64,000 nt of DNA from the human T2T-CHM13v2.0 reference genome, Homo sapiens, in NCBI RefSeq assembly GCF_009914755.1, contig NC_060932.1. One strand, 5' to 3'. Position numbers and translations under genes: made by a program. Positions 61,531-64,000 of the stretch are shown here, piece by piece. Below the pieces are notes generated by a model. The model had not been told where the DNA came from. It saw nothing but the letters and a program-made list of their open reading frames with translations, and did not search any database. The number at the start of each line of letters is the position of its first letter. Position 1 is the first letter of the stretch.

Positions 61531-61686
61531 TAAAGGCCGAATGCCAATTTTGCCATGAGTAGTGATCAGTAAGTAAAGAAAGCCAGTTTTCAGAAAGAAC
61601 AGAGCAACACAACAGAGAACAGGAGACTATGTGGCTTGGTTCCATAAACAGAGTCAAGAAAATTAGCTGCCAATTATAAATTATAA

Positions 61687-61687
<1 letters not shown>

Positions 61688-61724
<37 letters not shown>
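61688..61724. repeat. (TG)n microsatellite, about 18 units
   Basis: Seen directly. Confidence 0.97.
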
Positions 61725-61726
<2 letters not shown>

Positions 61727-61840
61727 CAAGATAGCAGAAACATCTGAAAAATTTACTCAATTCACCTCTATACTAAGATGTCTGGTATTATATAAATCTA
61801 TAAACTAATTCAGAACTCAAAATAATACTACCTAAACTAA

Positions 61841-62395
<555 letters not shown>

Positions 62396-63848
62396 TTTAT
62401 GTAAATGTGTGGGTCTGTACTGAGTCTCAGTATCAATGAATTTTTTTTTTTAAATGTTGAAAGCCAGTAATATATGATGGCCTGAAGTGTTCCTAGAGTC
62501 AACTAAAGACTGAGTTTCTCTAGTTGACATGCAACAGAAGTTTGTTTACCGGAAGTATTGCAAATTTTATTGTCGCACTCCCTCTCTCCAAGAAGGAAGA
62601 GCCAACTGACTATTCCCATCAGCACGGCCTAAAGCAATCCTAATCAAGTTAATGCCACCCTAAATTAACCAAGAAAAGCCAAAGGGAAGACAGCAGATGC
62701 TTTAGGGACCAAGTTGTTAATTCAGAGATGCTCCTGTTTGGTTGGTTCTTTTCCCCTTGGACTAACTACTTTGAATATTTTGTCCACTTGCCTACCTCTA
62801 GAATTGGAAATTTTCCCTAGGGCCTTCCTCTGAGTCTGCTGGGGTTTTTTTAAGAGTTCTTAGAGTTCATCTTCTCAAAGACAACTCCAGCTCTCTATTT
62901 AGTCAATCTCTCTGATATACACACAATTTTACTTTCCAACATTCCAAGGAAACATAAATTAGAAATATACACATAAAATGACATCCACCCCTCTTCTCCC
63001 TGCAATAATATCTTTGTGATATTCCTACTATCTACTTAACTGGTGTGTTGCTTTCTCTCACCCACTTCCATTCATAAGCGCTGAGAGTTATCTGCTATCT
63101 CTCTCCATTCCTAATTCCTGGCCTGAGATCCGGGCTACAGATGCTACAAGTTGATGTGGGCTCTTCATGCTGAAGAATTCATGAGTACTTTCTGCTTAAC
63201 TCCTCTATATTCTCAACCCGATCCCTTTGCTTTTTCTTTCCATAATAATCTGTTTTCTGATGGGTAATCCATCCAAACACTCATTTGCCCTTATGAAATT
63301 AGTGTTTTCTAGCTTTCCATTTGCGTGAAGGACCCCTAACATATGACTTCAACCTTCAATTTTATTTCCCCCAAACTACCCTTTCACACTATTAAAAATA
63401 ATAATAAAAAATTGCCACAGAATCCAACTATAGCTTAAATTAAAGAACTCACCTGTCTTGAGAGTAAGTATGCTTCAATAGCTTATTCTTTTACTATCCT
63501 TTTAGTGTTTTCATTGTTCAATGCTAACCTGCCCTCCAACCATACCTTAATCAACGAATTACACATTTTAAATAACTACTAACACTATAACCTATTTGAG
63601 GAACAAGCCTATCTGGTAAAGTGTCTCACTCCAGCAGTGATATTCTGTCCTCTCTTTGACAAGTATTAAATATATTTTCATGCTGCCCACCTGTCTATCA
63701 TAGAGACCCACCTCCCTTCTATGAAGGTTCCACCTGGTGAAGAGCCCATGTTTTCTGGTCATTTACCTTTCTACCTATCAAAGCTGGACTATTATGTGGT
63801 CATTTTTCTCTCAGCTAGCAGTTCCCCTATAAAAAATCCAATAAATTC

Positions 63849-64000
63849 GGCTGCGCGGTAACTCAAGCCTGTAATCCCAGCACTTTGGGAGGCCAAGGCG
63901 GGTGGATCACGAGGTCATGAGATCGAGACCATCCTGGCTAACACGGTAAAACCCCATCTCTACTAAAAATACAAAAAAGTTAACCTGGTGTGATGGCAGG
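63849..64000 (+). mobile_element. AluY-like element, cut by the window end
   Basis: gatcacgaggtcatgagatcgagaccatcctggctaacacgg. Confidence 0.9.

Overview
Primate (almost certainly human) intronic DNA from the Hippo-pathway kinase gene STK3/MST2, transcribed on the minus strand. Only two coding exons are present: 17882-17962 (81 nt, exon 2) and 10386-10514 (129 nt, exon 3). Exon 1 must lie beyond the right end of the window. The rest is a dense record of transposable elements: about 35 Alus, nested L1s (two young L1PA 3' ends with TSDs and a 13-kb L1PB-inside-L1PB stack), two Tigger1 copies, a near-complete Tigger4/Zombi, MER2, several MaLR/ERVL LTRs, an RPL19 processed pseudogene, and a 5'-truncated ERV9 provirus (env TM plus a complete LTR12). 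I found no new multi-gene system. The most interesting signals are structural. They are a head-to-head inverted Alu dimer with a 33-nt loop inside one apparent TSD; an L1 ORF2 fragment captured inside Tigger1 with microhomology at both ends; an RPL19 retrocopy that keeps a 213-codon ORF through compensating frameshifts and a new ATG; a one-LTR ERV9 whose broken end still abuts its TSD; an array of about nine ~114-bp monomers in an old L1 5'UTR; and candidate regulatory elements (an antisense LTR12 promoter, a sense MSTA with an intact splice donor, an abutting FOX+ETS site). Repeat subfamily names come from recalled consensus sequences, not a database search, and repeat boundaries are approximate unless a TSD is quoted.
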